Under the pieces are notes generated by a model. That model made no database searches, was not told the DNA's origin, and saw only the letters and a program-made list of their open reading frames with translations. A stretch of DNA of 64,000 nt from a virus (lineage: Duplodnaviria > Caudoviricetes): the IMG/VR virus record IMGVR_UViG_3300010355_000588. One strand, 5' to 3'. Below, one piece after another: positions 37,937 through 48,593 of the stretch; position 1 is the first letter of the stretch; each line of letters starts with the position of its first letter. Made by a program: the position numbers and the translations under genes.

Positions 37937-38701
37937 TTATCCTTTTACGATGCTCGAAATCATCACGAGCGAAATGTCGCAGTCGGCCGTTTCAGAGGTG
38001 GATTCGATTTTCAACACCTTCTTGTCAGTATATGACACTTTGATAATTGAAGTCGGAATCACCTTGAACAGTTCGAAGTGCTTGAGCAACACGCAGACTC
38101 CTTGGCTGACAGTTCCTTCGATCTCGTCGCTAATAGGAATGCCTACTGAATTCGTATATTGTTCAAGCTTGTTGTCGACTTCGGCAATGATCTTCTTTCC
38201 ATCGTCAGATAGCGACAGATATACTTTGGCATCCTGGTTGTTGACGATATTGAAGCATTGGATAACCTGCTTGATGGATTCAGCAGTCACGTTGAACGTA
38301 TAGATAGTTTCAAGCGAAGACTTGAGTTTAGTTGACACGAACTGAGCAACTACATCTTCCTTGACCGTCTTCAGCTTGAACTTCACATCGCCTTTATATG
38401 AGATAAAGGTTCCGTTGAAGTCAAGATCCACTTCGTCGAGCGCCTCGATGGAAGCAATTAGATTAATGGATTTCTTGAGCTTGCTGAGATCCTGGAAACA
38501 AAATTCGACAAGGTCCTCAGCTACGATTCCATCGGTCTTGAAGAACGCACGGATGCCTTGGTCTTCGGTAATGAGATTGACCTCTGTGGATTCCGGACCT
38601 ACGACAAATTTGCATCCTTCGCTGTTACCCCCAGCGATCTTCATCAGACAGCTGAGGAATTCCGAGAATCCACTTACGCTTTTGACTTGCAGTTTTGACA
38701 T
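37937..38701 (-). CDS. Sliding clamp (gp45-like)
   Basis: 254 aa, acidic and beta-rich, FCFQDLSKLKKSI; adjacent to SSB and clamp loader. Confidence 0.65.
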   Translation of the reverse strand: MSKLQVKSVSGFSEFLSCLMKIAGGNSEGCKFVVGPESTEVNLITEDQGIRAFFKTDGIVAEDLVEFCFQDLSKLKKSINLIASIEALDEVDLDFNGTFISYKGDVKFKLKTVKEDVVAQFVSTKLKSSLETIYTFNVTAESIKQVIQCFNIVNNQDAKVYLSLSDDGKKIIAEVDNKLEQYTNSVGIPISDEIEGTVSQGVCVLLKHFELFKVIPTSIIKVSYTDKKVLKIESTSETADCDISLVMISSIVKG

Positions 38702-38719
38702 GTTTAAGGTCTCCTTAGA

Positions 38720-39781
38720 TTATTTGAAGAGCGAATCGACGTCAAAATCGTCGATAGTGGTGTCGGCAGCAGTCGGCTCTTCTGCTTGCTTTGATGGTGT
38801 CTTTGCTTCCTTCTTGGATTCTTTCTTAGATTCCTTCTTGGGTTCTTCTTTAGCGGGCATCATGTCTTCATTCGTATCGTCGACGATCGGAGATTCTTCC
38901 GGAGCTGCTTCTTCCATTAGACGCTTCTGAATGTCTGCGGCCATCTTGTCTTCAGGAGTAGTTGGAAGATCTGGTTCGCCACATTCCATGGAGATACAGC
39001 TTTCTACGAATTCATTGAGTTCTTCAGCACTGGATTCGGTATAGAAGTCCTTGTCGAAGTTGAGTTCGTTGACAGCCTTCTGTACTTCATCTTGGGTGAG
39101 AGGAATCTTCGTAGCCTGGCGGGCGAAACTGGTAGAATATTTGTTGTATTCGTCGTTTTGTTGGGTAGTGGAAATGATGAGATCGAATCCCTTTTCCAAC
39201 TTGAACGCGTCTACGCCAATGACATCCACATCTTCATCCTTCTTGTCGCCCTTCTTCTTGTCCATGACAATGCCATAGATATACTTCTTCAGATCACTTG
39301 CGACTGACCATCCAAACTTGAGAATCTTGACAGTTCCTTCGTTGGTTGGAGTGGTCGGATCCTTAATGACGTAGACAAGTGCATATCCTTCCATCTGACG
39401 TTTGAAGCTTTCATAAAGTTCTTTTGAAGTCTTCGAACCAGTCTTTTCGAAGTCCTTGTAATAGGCAGAGGTCTTCTTGCAGATGGGGCAACGGCTGAAA
39501 CCGGCCTTGTCGAGAAGATATTCCGAAGTCGGGCAGACCACGGAGAATCGCTTGCGAGCTGCTTCGTCGAAGTGCTTGTGGACATAACGAAGGAAGAACG
39601 GAACGCGGCGCTTGGAGCCATCTTGGATTGCGAACAGGAGACGGAACTTGTAGGTAGCATTGCCTTTTTTGAAGCGAACGATGCGTTGGTCTCCGAACAT
39701 AGCTGCCGTATCAGCGCGCTTTTCTACGAGTTCGGTTTCTTTCTGGAGGCTTTCTTCGAAGAGTTTGTTGAGATCTAGCAT
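38720..39781 (-). CDS. Single-stranded DNA-binding protein (gp32-like)
   Basis: YKFRLL, H...CP...CPIC, VYVIKDP..PTNEGTVKILKFG, Y..S.F, acidic tail. Confidence 0.85.
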   Translation of the reverse strand: MLDLNKLFEESLQKETELVEKRADTAAMFGDQRIVRFKKGNATYKFRLLFAIQDGSKRRVPFFLRYVHKHFDEAARKRFSVVCPTSEYLLDKAGFSRCPICKKTSAYYKDFEKTGSKTSKELYESFKRQMEGYALVYVIKDPTTPTNEGTVKILKFGWSVASDLKKYIYGIVMDKKKGDKKDEDVDVIGVDAFKLEKGFDLIISTTQQNDEYNKYSTSFARQATKIPLTQDEVQKAVNELNFDKDFYTESSAEELNEFVESCISMECGEPDLPTTPEDKMAADIQKRLMEEAAPEESPIVDDTNEDMMPAKEEPKKESKKESKKEAKTPSKQAEEPTAADTTIDDFDVDSLFK

Positions 39782-39881
39782 TGTCTTAATCCTTCTGGTT
39801 TTGGTTCTTGTTTGTTCTCAGTATTCTTGAAATTCTAGACGTTCTAACTTGTATTATTATTTATGTTACAAGGTACCTCCT

Positions 39882-40079
39882 TCATTTGTCATATACGGTC
39901 AATTTAACACGTTTTACTTCCAATTTTGGCACAGATTTAGATGAAACAAATCCTAGATTGTCATCTAGGTGCTCCATGGCGGCATCTTTTGTATTGAAAA
40001 CCATAATATGGTCGCCATATAGACACTCAGCAATCAAGTCATCTTCGGTAACCACGTAATATTCTCTGTCGTTCTTCAT
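39882..40079 (-). CDS. Small hypothetical protein
   Basis: ATGA-coupled to the clamp loader gene. Confidence 0.5.
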   Translation of the reverse strand: MKNDREYYVVTEDDLIAECLYGDHIMVFNTKDAAMEHLDDNLGFVSSKSVPKLEVKRVKLTVYDK

Positions 40080-41026
40080 AGATTCCCTTTCAGTTGTAGA
40101 AGCATCGCATAGAATTGGATTTCCTTATCGAGTGCCATAGACATGCGATATAGAAATTCTGCGATGGTGATCTGAATCTTCGGGTCAACCTTGGCCATTT
40201 CAAGCGTATGGTCAAAGATCTTTCCAGTCAATACTTCGTAATCTCCAGAGAACTTCTGTTCGTTTTCGATGTAGTACTTTCTAATGTCGATTGGCGCCTT
40301 TGTCTTGAGCATTCCAATGATCTCAGACACGATGGCGTCAGTGTCGTTGGTCTCCGAGATTCCGACGTTGGTCATCTCTCCAGTGTTGCACCAGAGTTCC
40401 AGAGTTCCGACGATAGTCCGAATATCTGGGAAACTTTTCTTAACCACTTGTTCGGTAAACTCTCCAAAGACTTCCTTCCCGAACTTGATGCCTTCTGACT
40501 TCAGGATTTCGATCAACCGATGAGCAACGTCCTTGATGTTGAACTTCAGGTTGATTGGAATGCACCTGGACTGGATTGGTTGAATGATCTTGTTCAAATA
40601 ATTGCAAGTCAGAATAAATCGAGTATCGTCCTGATATTGCTCAATGACATTTCTAAGAGCGCCCATTCCACTATTTCCAGCAGTGGCTGACGAGATCGAG
40701 TCAGCTTCGTCGAGAATGACGATCTTCGGGACGCCTGGCTCCATTGAGACTGACTGACAGAAGTCAGCTACCTTAGATTGGATGTAGTCGACGCCGATCG
40801 CCTTAGATCCACAATGGACATATAGATGAGGAGCGCCTAGTTCGTTGACAATGGCGTTTGCCAATACTGTCTTACCTAAGCCTGGACGGCCGGCGAGGAT
40901 TAGATTGGGACAGGTTTTCTTGTCGAGATAGCTTTGGATAAGCGATCTAATCTTTTCGTCAAGAATCATCTCGGCCAGCTTCTTTGGCCGAAATTTATCT
41001 ACGAACAATTTAGAAATTTCTGACAT
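40076..41026 (-). CDS. Clamp loader large subunit (gp44/RFC-like AAA+)
   Basis: KFRP, GRPGLGKT, ILDEAD, FILTCN, QSRC, PDIR. Confidence 0.95.
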   Translation of the reverse strand: MSEISKLFVDKFRPKKLAEMILDEKIRSLIQSYLDKKTCPNLILAGRPGLGKTVLANAIVNELGAPHLYVHCGSKAIGVDYIQSKVADFCQSVSMEPGVPKIVILDEADSISSATAGNSGMGALRNVIEQYQDDTRFILTCNYLNKIIQPIQSRCIPINLKFNIKDVAHRLIEILKSEGIKFGKEVFGEFTEQVVKKSFPDIRTIVGTLELWCNTGEMTNVGISETNDTDAIVSEIIGMLKTKAPIDIRKYYIENEQKFSGDYEVLTGKIFDHTLEMAKVDPKIQITIAEFLYRMSMALDKEIQFYAMLLQLKGNL

Positions 41027-41066
41027 GTTCTCTCCTTATTCGGTTGCCTTAGCCAATTTGACATGA

Positions 41067-42419
41067 TTAGGTGGTCCGTTTGAGGCCATGGATGCATTTT
41101 AGCGTTGGAAAGCGAAGGGAATATTGGCCATTCTGATTCTTAGTCTCTTCGAAATATTTGACGGTGATAGTCATTCCAACGATCTTAGAAGGATCGGCCT
41201 TGAATTCCCTACGCTGTTCGACAGACATGCCAGAGCCAACCGAGACACGGTTTCCCTTATGGGTGATGAAGATGTTGGTGACCACTTCTTCTTGGCGTTC
41301 TTCGGTCAACCCCTTCTCGTTCATCCCGACGATACGCATCAGACCCAGCTCGACATCTTCGACGACATATTCAGCATCGTGGAATTTCTTAACCTTGAGC
41401 AAATCCTTCGAGCGTCCAGATTTATATGGAGCGTTCCGGCGGAGAATGAGACCTTCCCATCCCTTCTCGATGGCCTTCAGTAGAATCTGCTGGAGTTGGT
41501 CTTCGTTGGAGATGCCGGCATGGCTGATCGGCCGGATGAAGTCAATCCCATTGACAGCATGCCGCAATGCTATGAGACGGAAGATATAGTCGACGCTTTT
41601 CGCCTTTCCATGAAATTCGTCGATGGAGAGATAATCGAAAGCAATGTAGCACGGTCGTTGAATGGTATGGTCCTTTTTTCCAATTTCTTTCATGACGTCT
41701 TGGAAGTTTTCCTTGCCATCGTCACCTTCGATACAAATCTCGCCATCTAGAACGAAGTCTCTCTTTGGATGTTTCTTAAGGATGGCTTCCTTGAGCTTTC
41801 CGAGGGTATTGAATTCCTTGCCGCTTCTAGAGTAGAACTTCACATCGCCATCTTTGACTACAGCGATGCACCGGCATCCATCGAGTTTTCTGAGAACAAC
41901 ATATTCAGTGTAGTTGATGGGTTTCTTATCGATTTTCATTCCAGATTTCCATTCGTCGGCTAAAGCTACGTCGAAGACAGGAATCAGTCCAGGATAAACT
42001 TCATTGATAAGCGCAACGCCTGTTCTAGTTTTTAGATTCCTATCAAGAATATTGTAGATCAGCTCAATATGTTCTGGATGCTCGAGAACAAATGCGTTGA
42101 CAAGGCCGATCGCCTTGTTTCCGGTGACCGTTCGTTCGTTAAGCATGTCTAGAAGAGAAAAAATGTCGAGATTAGTGGGTCCGTCAGTCAGCATAATTTC
42201 AGGATGCTTCTTACAATTTTCTGACGTGACATTGAACTGCTTGAATGGATTATGGACATACTCCACAAGAGTGGCAAGATCTTTCGTGGCTCCGAAAAGC
42301 AAGCCCGGTTGAAGATATTTATCAAGCACCTTCTTCTTGTCTAAATTCGAATTGGATTGGTTAAGTTCATCGCACATTTCAGCGAGTTGGTCAAGAACTT
42401 TATGTTTCATCAGTGGCAC
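41067..42419 (-). CDS. ATP-dependent DNA ligase
   Basis: KLDGCRC, SRSGK, LDGEI, WEGLILR, LLKVKKF, VGSG, SLRFP. Confidence 0.95.
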   Translation of the reverse strand: MPLMKHKVLDQLAEMCDELNQSNSNLDKKKVLDKYLQPGLLFGATKDLATLVEYVHNPFKQFNVTSENCKKHPEIMLTDGPTNLDIFSLLDMLNERTVTGNKAIGLVNAFVLEHPEHIELIYNILDRNLKTRTGVALINEVYPGLIPVFDVALADEWKSGMKIDKKPINYTEYVVLRKLDGCRCIAVVKDGDVKFYSRSGKEFNTLGKLKEAILKKHPKRDFVLDGEICIEGDDGKENFQDVMKEIGKKDHTIQRPCYIAFDYLSIDEFHGKAKSVDYIFRLIALRHAVNGIDFIRPISHAGISNEDQLQQILLKAIEKGWEGLILRRNAPYKSGRSKDLLKVKKFHDAEYVVEDVELGLMRIVGMNEKGLTEERQEEVVTNIFITHKGNRVSVGSGMSVEQRREFKADPSKIVGMTITVKYFEETKNQNGQYSLRFPTLKCIHGLKRTT

Positions 42420-42453
42420 CTCTACTTAGAAAATTAGTTTATCTTTTTATTTT

Positions 42454-43194
42454 TCAACACTTAATTAATTCAGCAACATTCACGCCATTATTCCGGTCTT
42501 TTTCTGTCAGTTCACATTCGTCGAGATTGCCAGAAAGTCCAGTCATATCGCCACGGATTCCAGTGACGTCGCCACGGATTTTAGTCACATCGCCACGGAT
42601 TCCGGTCACATTGCCACGGATTCCGGTCACATCGCCACGGATTTCAGTCACGTCACCGTAGATTCCAGACATATCGCCACGGATTCCAGACACATCGCCA
42701 CAAATTTTAGTCACATCGCCACAGATTACAGACACATAACCACGGATTCCAGACACATCGCCACGGATTCCAGACACATCGCCACCGATTTCGGTCACAT
42801 CGCCACCGATTTCGGTCACATCGCCACGGATTTCAGTCACGTCACCGTAGATTCCAGACATATCGCCACAGATTTCAGTTACGTCGCCACTGATTTCAGT
42901 CACATCGCCACGGATTCCGGTCACATTGCCACGGATTCCAGACACATCGCCACGGATTTCAGTCACATCGCCACAGATTACAGACACATAACCACGGATT
43001 CCAGACACATCGCCACGGATTCCAGACACATCGCCACGGATTCCAGACACATCGCCACGGATTCCAGATACATCGCCACAGATTTCAGTCACGTCACCGT
43101 AGATTCCAGACATATCGCCACAGATTCCAGAAGCATTTCCAGTAATCTTCATAGAATTCTGTTCGAGTTTTTTAATCATCTTTTTCATTTTCAA
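42454..43194 (-). CDS. 7-residue-repeat solenoid protein, paralog 2, 30 repeats
   Basis: IRGDVSG-type repeats; promoter at 43211-43250. Confidence 0.8.
   Translation of the reverse strand: MKMKKMIKKLEQNSMKITGNASGICGDMSGIYGDVTEICGDVSGIRGDVSGIRGDVSGIRGDVSGIRGYVSVICGDVTEIRGDVSGIRGNVTGIRGDVTEISGDVTEICGDMSGIYGDVTEIRGDVTEIGGDVTEIGGDVSGIRGDVSGIRGYVSVICGDVTKICGDVSGIRGDMSGIYGDVTEIRGDVTGIRGNVTGIRGDVTKIRGDVTGIRGDMTGLSGNLDECELTEKDRNNGVNVAELIKC
42520..43146. repeat. 21-bp tandem repeat array (coding VNTR)
   Basis: Units such as cacatcgccacggattccaga, many identical. Confidence 0.9.
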
Positions 43195-43270
43195 TCTCCT
43201 TTAGTTGTTTCGGTATAATATATAATACAACCGAAAGGAGGATTTGTCAACAGGTTGGGAGAAAAAACCT

Positions 43271-44089
43271 CTATTTTATTTTTATTTCTTCTATCCAATC
43301 AGTGCTTGTATCAATACCCACAGAAGCGTCTTCAGTGGATTCTATATGTTCTACCAACTTTTTTAGATCAACAGTTGCTTCCTTTATAGTCGCTTCTACT
43401 TGTTTATCACTGACTACACAGCAATCAGCTGGTATCGGTCGCTTGCTATTCTTCTTCATCCGTCTATATAGAGAATACAGATGTTTATTCTTCTCATCTT
43501 TCTGGTGTTCCACCAACCAATGGGTTCCTACCTCACTAGTGCTCAGATGCTTGAAAAGAGAGTGAGCGAAGTCGTCGTTCCAATATAGATCCACTATTTC
43601 TTCCTTGGTGTTCCACTCGAATGGAAAGGTTATTTCAACTTCCTTTTTTCTGACAGAGGTTTCAGCGAATCTAGTCAAATTTTTCCACATGTCTAAAAAA
43701 GCATCCTTGAAGTGCCAGAAGCAATCGTCTTTGACATATCCAAAAGCTACTTCGAAGAATTGCGATTTATTTCGATACATTTCATTCATTACATAGTAGT
43801 TGACCATATAGCACCACATCTGTGGTTGAGTTAGCACATGTCCAACGTTTCCATATTCTAAATCTAAGCTACCCACTCGACGTTCATAACCGAGCTTTTC
43901 AAAGCCATATTTTTCGTGTATCTTCGCTCGGAGTGCCTGTCTAGCTATTTGTTCAGCTGCATATTGAAGTGGGTTGTTCTTCAACTCGACGTAAATGGGG
44001 TGTACTACATAGTCAGTGTTCTTTAGATAGTGGAGAATGAGGGAGGTGCTATCGAACCCACCAGACCATGGAATAAAGACGTTGCTCAT
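43271..44089 (-). CDS. QueC-like PP-loop ATPase
   Basis: PWSGGFDST, FGYVKDD, FPFEWNTKEEI; lacks the C-terminal Zn-binding cysteines of QueC. Confidence 0.65.
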   Translation of the reverse strand: MSNVFIPWSGGFDSTSLILHYLKNTDYVVHPIYVELKNNPLQYAAEQIARQALRAKIHEKYGFEKLGYERRVGSLDLEYGNVGHVLTQPQMWCYMVNYYVMNEMYRNKSQFFEVAFGYVKDDCFWHFKDAFLDMWKNLTRFAETSVRKKEVEITFPFEWNTKEEIVDLYWNDDFAHSLFKHLSTSEVGTHWLVEHQKDEKNKHLYSLYRRMKKNSKRPIPADCCVVSDKQVEATIKEATVDLKKLVEHIESTEDASVGIDTSTDWIEEIKIK

Positions 44090-44098
44090 CAGTAGCTC

Positions 44099-44737
44099 CT
44101 ATTCTAGCAATTTGTTGAAGTTCGCTTCGAAGCGGGTACTAAAATCGTAGATGGCCTTTATGCGCACCACCTTCGACCTGTATATCTCGTAGCTTTCGAT
44201 AAAGCTATAGAAATATTCGTCAACTATGTCAAGTGGCAGATTCTTCAGAATGCATAGAATATTTGGAACTATGGCTAAGAAGTAGGCAGATATCAGTCCA
44301 GAGTTGAAGTGGAAGGCGATTGTCGGGATAGTTTCCATGTTCCTATATAGATATCCATCGAGATCCCTTATGCCTTCTTTCTTGCACCATTGGACGACGT
44401 TCTTGATGTTGGATAATATCAGTTCGTAGATTTTCTCATAGTCATCCATATTATTGGTCTTGTCGACAAATCCTCTATATATCTTAAGACCTTTCAGAGA
44501 CGTTAGAAGAGAAGCATCGAATCTACCCCTGTAGTGTAAGACCAGGGCGGTGATTAGAATCCGGTAGTCTAGGTTGTCATTTGTCTCAAGGCGCTTAGCA
44601 AGCTGTTCGAAGTAAGTCCAATCGGCCCGTTGCCTGGCCTTCTCGAAGTTCTTGATTGGCTTGACATGGATCTTCTTCTCAGCATATATGGTCTGAATAT
44701 GGTATTCTTCGTAGATCTGTTCTGGAGTGACGTTCAT
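44099..44737 (-). CDS. Possible helicase loader (gp59-like)
   Basis: Size, position next to the helicase, R.DWTYFEQLAKR motif. Confidence 0.4.
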   Translation of the reverse strand: MNVTPEQIYEEYHIQTIYAEKKIHVKPIKNFEKARQRADWTYFEQLAKRLETNDNLDYRILITALVLHYRGRFDASLLTSLKGLKIYRGFVDKTNNMDDYEKIYELILSNIKNVVQWCKKEGIRDLDGYLYRNMETIPTIAFHFNSGLISAYFLAIVPNILCILKNLPLDIVDEYFYSFIESYEIYRSKVVRIKAIYDFSTRFEANFNKLLE

Positions 44738-44740
44738 AAA

Positions 44741-45049
44741 TCAAAGACTCATTAGTTCGATGCTTGATCTCATGGATTCTACGTTGTTTATGTATTCCTT
44801 CCGGACATATCGGATAGAATGGGTGGTGAAAATCTCAGGATATAGCTTGCACAGATTGAACAAGCATGATTCTAGTTTTTCATCCATTGCTATCATCATT
44901 GCACAAAACTCTGTCTTGTTCTTGATTATTTTAGACAGTCGCTTCTCTGGGTCGTCTCCATTTAGATATTTTCTGAGCTTCTTGTCGAAGTTTTTGGCGT
45001 CTATTTCTCTGATTAGATCGCGTTCGTGGTTATGGCCTGCTTTATACAT
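44741..45049 (-). CDS. Hypothetical protein
   Basis: ORF in the replication operon. Confidence 0.55.
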   Translation of the reverse strand: MYKAGHNHERDLIREIDAKNFDKKLRKYLNGDDPEKRLSKIIKNKTEFCAMMIAMDEKLESCLFNLCKLYPEIFTTHSIRYVRKEYINNVESMRSSIELMSL

Positions 45050-45062
45050 GGTTATCTTCCTT

Positions 45063-46418
45063 TTATTTCATCAAATTCATTACTTCCGATAAAAGAATAT
45101 TGTCGCCATCTGCCTCTTCTGCACGAGTGGCCGTATAATCAGAAATGGTAAGATCTGTATAGTTAATAAAGAAGTTTAGCGTCTTGCCGCAAAATCCAAA
45201 TCTGTTTTTAATTATGGTAGAATTCATTTTAGACGCTTCTTTATCGCCCTCAGCTTGCCATAGCGTAGCAATGAAGTCTGCTGTCATGGCGATCTGTGAA
45301 GAGTCAGAAATTTCACCCATGCCTGCTGTGTTTGTATTATAACCGGAACGATTTAGTTGCGACGCGGACAACGCCGGAAAAGAATATTTGTAGGTCAGTG
45401 CTCTAATTTCTTTAGCAACTTGGCCTACTTTCTCGTACGAATTGAGACCTTTAGATCCTCCGTTTGGATTCAGTAGATTCAGATAGTCAACCACAAGCAG
45501 ATCAATCTTTCTACCATATTTCATCTGCACGTTCTTGACATAGTTGCTGATAGTAGCCGGGTTGATAGAATCTGGTGGAAATTCCTTGATGAGAAGCTTC
45601 CCACCTGGATATAACTGTTCGAAATTTCCAACCTTTACTTTAAGTTCGTCGATGTTCTGATGAAGCTGATTTACGTCGATGCTTGACAGATGGGCGTCGA
45701 TGCGCTTGGTATAGACATATTCGCTCATCTCCAGCGATAGAATAGCTACGAACTTGTTTTGCTTTAGGAAATTCACAGCAATGTTGGATAGCATCAGTGA
45801 CTTGCCTAATCCAGGCTGTGCCACGAAGAAATATACGGCCCTTCCATTAGTAGATAAGCCGCCGTGAAGCTCCTTGTCGAGATCTGTCAGCAAGGTTGGT
45901 GTCATCTGGTCAGGTATTGCAAGTTCCTCGAGATGCCTCTCGAAGTCTTTGAAGTAGTCCATGCCGATTCCGTTATCCAATCCAAGGCTGGAGATCTTCT
46001 CGAAGAGGGTCATGCAGCTCGACATGTCACGATATTGTTGGATCTTTTCTAAATTGTCGATGATGGCATGGTATGTAAGCTTTCCCTTTATATGCGACAA
46101 GACATTGTCCTTGACGAATTCTTCATCTTCTTCTACGATGATGTTGAGCGCCATATGGACATCGTTTTTGACTGCAAGCCAATCCATTTCCTTGTCTGCT
46201 ACGTATTTCTGAAGGATCAGCTCGTAGGTGTCCGTCTTGGGAAACTTGTCATATTTCTTATGGTATGCAAGCAATACCTTGACAGCCACTGCGATGTTTT
46301 GGTTCTCGAAGATTCTGGCATCGAAATTATTGGCTATCAGATCAAAGAAGTCGCTATCGGTATAGAACTTCTTCAGGATTAGCTTTTCGACTACAGATGG
46401 ATCGAGTTCTATCGCCAC
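45063..46418 (-). CDS. Replicative DnaB-like helicase (gp41-like)
   Basis: AQPGLGKS, SLEM, VVDYLNL, ASQLNR, IKNRFG; likely start GTG 46418 after GGAGA. Confidence 0.93.
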   Translation of the reverse strand: MAIELDPSVVEKLILKKFYTDSDFFDLIANNFDARIFENQNIAVAVKVLLAYHKKYDKFPKTDTYELILQKYVADKEMDWLAVKNDVHMALNIIVEEDEEFVKDNVLSHIKGKLTYHAIIDNLEKIQQYRDMSSCMTLFEKISSLGLDNGIGMDYFKDFERHLEELAIPDQMTPTLLTDLDKELHGGLSTNGRAVYFFVAQPGLGKSLMLSNIAVNFLKQNKFVAILSLEMSEYVYTKRIDAHLSSIDVNQLHQNIDELKVKVGNFEQLYPGGKLLIKEFPPDSINPATISNYVKNVQMKYGRKIDLLVVDYLNLLNPNGGSKGLNSYEKVGQVAKEIRALTYKYSFPALSASQLNRSGYNTNTAGMGEISDSSQIAMTADFIATLWQAEGDKEASKMNSTIIKNRFGFCGKTLNFFINYTDLTISDYTATRAEEADGDNILLSEVMNLMK

Positions 46419-46450
46419 TTGTGGCTGTTCTCCGGATTTCTTATGTTGTT

Positions 46451-47563
46451 TCAATTTGACTCGCTTTCTTCTTCTACGAGTTCTTCGAGCACTTCGTCGT
46501 TGGCAGAGTGATATTTCATATCCTTTATGGACATGGCGTCGAATTCGTCGAGAATTCCCTTCCAGCCTTCGTCGCAACGGATGAGGTCCTTGAGCCGGAG
46601 CTTCTTGTCATACCCCTTGATTCCATAGAACTGCGATCCAGATTCATGTTCGACCAATCCATATTTCACCGCATCGTCCACTAGCCCATCGTATTTTCCA
46701 GGTCCTTCAGTGAAGTCAAGATACATGGTTGCTTCATGGAATGGTTTTGCAAAAGAATTCTTATATGAAAAGAACGTCAGTAAGGTACCACCATAAAATC
46801 CATCGTAGCTTTCTTCTTCAGATTTCTTCCATGACTTGGTAAGCTGAAGACCAACTCGGCACATGTATTGAGCGCCTTTGCCTCCGGATTGGCTCTTGAG
46901 CTTCGAGGCGAACATGGCTGATGGATCGTCGTAGACGTGGTTAGTTACTATGAACGGGGTATCTGTCTTTAAGCAAGGAATGGTAAGCGACTTCATCATC
47001 GAATTGCAGACCCGAGCGCGAGTGCCCATGTCGACGACAACCTTATCTTTCTCAACTGCGTCGACAATGTCTTTATTGGATACCAGGGCTCCTAGACTGT
47101 CCAAGGCGCAGATGAATTTAGAAGCATCGCCAGCCTTCTGAACTTGTTCGATATAGTCAAGCACCTTTAGAATAGCCATCTTGGCTTCTTCGACCGAACG
47201 AACTAGAATATGTTCGATATTCGAAGTATCCATGCCTTGGTTCTCAAAGAATTCGCTCAGAGCTCCGCCTTCCGAATCGAAAAAGAAAGCATGTTCGTAT
47301 TTGCTCTGCTTCATGGCGTTCGCAAACATCTTCGCCATAATGTAAGACTTGCCGGTCTGTGATTCTCCACCTAGAATAGTTACTCGTCCACTTGGAATTC
47401 CAGTATAGATAGAACCTGTGATGATTCTATTCAGCGCATAGCAGCTGGTGTCGATATAGCCAGTCGGCTTTCCATATTTAGATTCTTTGAATGAGGTACA
47501 GCCAAGATCCTTTCGAAGGTTCTTGAGCATGCCAGCCACTCCAGACAACTTTTCTTTAGCCAT
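46451..47563 (-). CDS. uvsX: RecA/UvsX recombinase
   Basis: GESQTGKS, FFDSE, LDSLG, DMGTRA, TNHVY, QSGG. Confidence 0.93.
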   Translation of the reverse strand: MAKEKLSGVAGMLKNLRKDLGCTSFKESKYGKPTGYIDTSCYALNRIITGSIYTGIPSGRVTILGGESQTGKSYIMAKMFANAMKQSKYEHAFFFDSEGGALSEFFENQGMDTSNIEHILVRSVEEAKMAILKVLDYIEQVQKAGDASKFICALDSLGALVSNKDIVDAVEKDKVVVDMGTRARVCNSMMKSLTIPCLKTDTPFIVTNHVYDDPSAMFASKLKSQSGGKGAQYMCRVGLQLTKSWKKSEEESYDGFYGGTLLTFFSYKNSFAKPFHEATMYLDFTEGPGKYDGLVDDAVKYGLVEHESGSQFYGIKGYDKKLRLKDLIRCDEGWKGILDEFDAMSIKDMKYHSANDEVLEELVEEESESN

Positions 47564-47606
47564 AATGGTTCCTTCCTTTCGTTTAGTTCAATTTGACTTA
47601 GAATGT

Positions 47607-48593
47607 TTAGACTGTAAAGGTTAGATCCAAATATTTTGTAGCATATTTTTTGGTGGTGCTGATTCTGACATTGGTTATCTTAGGACTGAAGGCAAGCTCC
47701 ATAAGCTCTCTTACCATTGGGTGGGCTGCCTTAGATTCTCGAAGACTCCTGATATATTTCCACTGGTCATCAGTTGCTGTCATGATTAGTTCGGTCTTAA
47801 GACCATTTGGCAAGACACTGCGCGCCATTTGCGGACTTAACCCTTGGTTCAATAAGCACTCATATGCTTGGGCTGACAAAAGCATCGATTTCTTAATAGT
47901 GTCAGAATCATATTCGATGAAGGTTATTTCTTCTCCATAATTGCAGTATCTAGTGGATTCTTGGCTAAAGGAAGCAAGCCGGTGTCTGACAAGCTCGTGA
48001 GAAATGCCACGGTCGGTGACGAAGCGAAACGTGGAATATTTGGTGTCTTGCTCGAAGACATACGAATGGCCGGCAATCATGCCAGCGTGAGTCTTCATTG
48101 CTGTAGTAGAAAAAGAAAGCAATCTATCGAACTCAGGAAAGATCCTACATAATTCTCTGACTACATAATTGATTTCTATCTTTTTGGCAATAGAACCAAA
48201 AGTCGGATCGTTCCATGTTTGGTTTAGTAGAATTGCCCAAGATCTAAGATTTCCAGATATCTCCAATGCTTTCTCATCCTGTACAGTGACCTCCCTATAT
48301 TCCATTCCTTCGAAGATCAGCATGTATTTTTCAAACTCGCTGAGATATGAAGAACGGGGCGTCTCTTTACAGAATAAGCGCCTCATACTGATCCTAACAT
48401 GTTCCAATACGCTATGATGGCCATTCTTGACGATCTTCTCATAGAATGCCAATGCAGACCCTTCTTTGATCTTGTCTTCAGACTTGTAGCACACCCTTCC
48501 ACATATCTCGATCTTCTTGAGGATGTCTTTTTCGTCGATGCGCTCAGCAGACTGAGGAACAAAGCGCACTGTCAAGCTTCTAGATTTATTCAT
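47607..48593 (-). CDS. thyX: Flavin-dependent thymidylate synthase
   Basis: GHHSVLEH, RGISHELVRHRLASFSQESTRY, ARSVLP, AHP. Confidence 0.95.
   Translation of the reverse strand: MNKSRSLTVRFVPQSAERIDEKDILKKIEICGRVCYKSEDKIKEGSALAFYEKIVKNGHHSVLEHVRISMRRLFCKETPRSSYLSEFEKYMLIFEGMEYREVTVQDEKALEISGNLRSWAILLNQTWNDPTFGSIAKKIEINYVVRELCRIFPEFDRLLSFSTTAMKTHAGMIAGHSYVFEQDTKYSTFRFVTDRGISHELVRHRLASFSQESTRYCNYGEEITFIEYDSDTIKKSMLLSAQAYECLLNQGLSPQMARSVLPNGLKTELIMTATDDQWKYIRSLRESKAAHPMVRELMELAFSPKITNVRISTTKKYATKYLDLTFTV

Noticed and set aside
42520-43146. CRISPR array or DGR in the 21-bp repeats (also 26400-26770 and 58490-59020)
   Set aside because: No spacers; the units are in-frame coding repeats; no cas gene or reverse transcriptase; variation is not adenine-specific.
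46419-46577. Arg-rich N-terminal extension of the helicase
   Set aside because: It overlaps the uvsX 3' end; GTG 46418 has an RBS and an upstream promoter-like motif.
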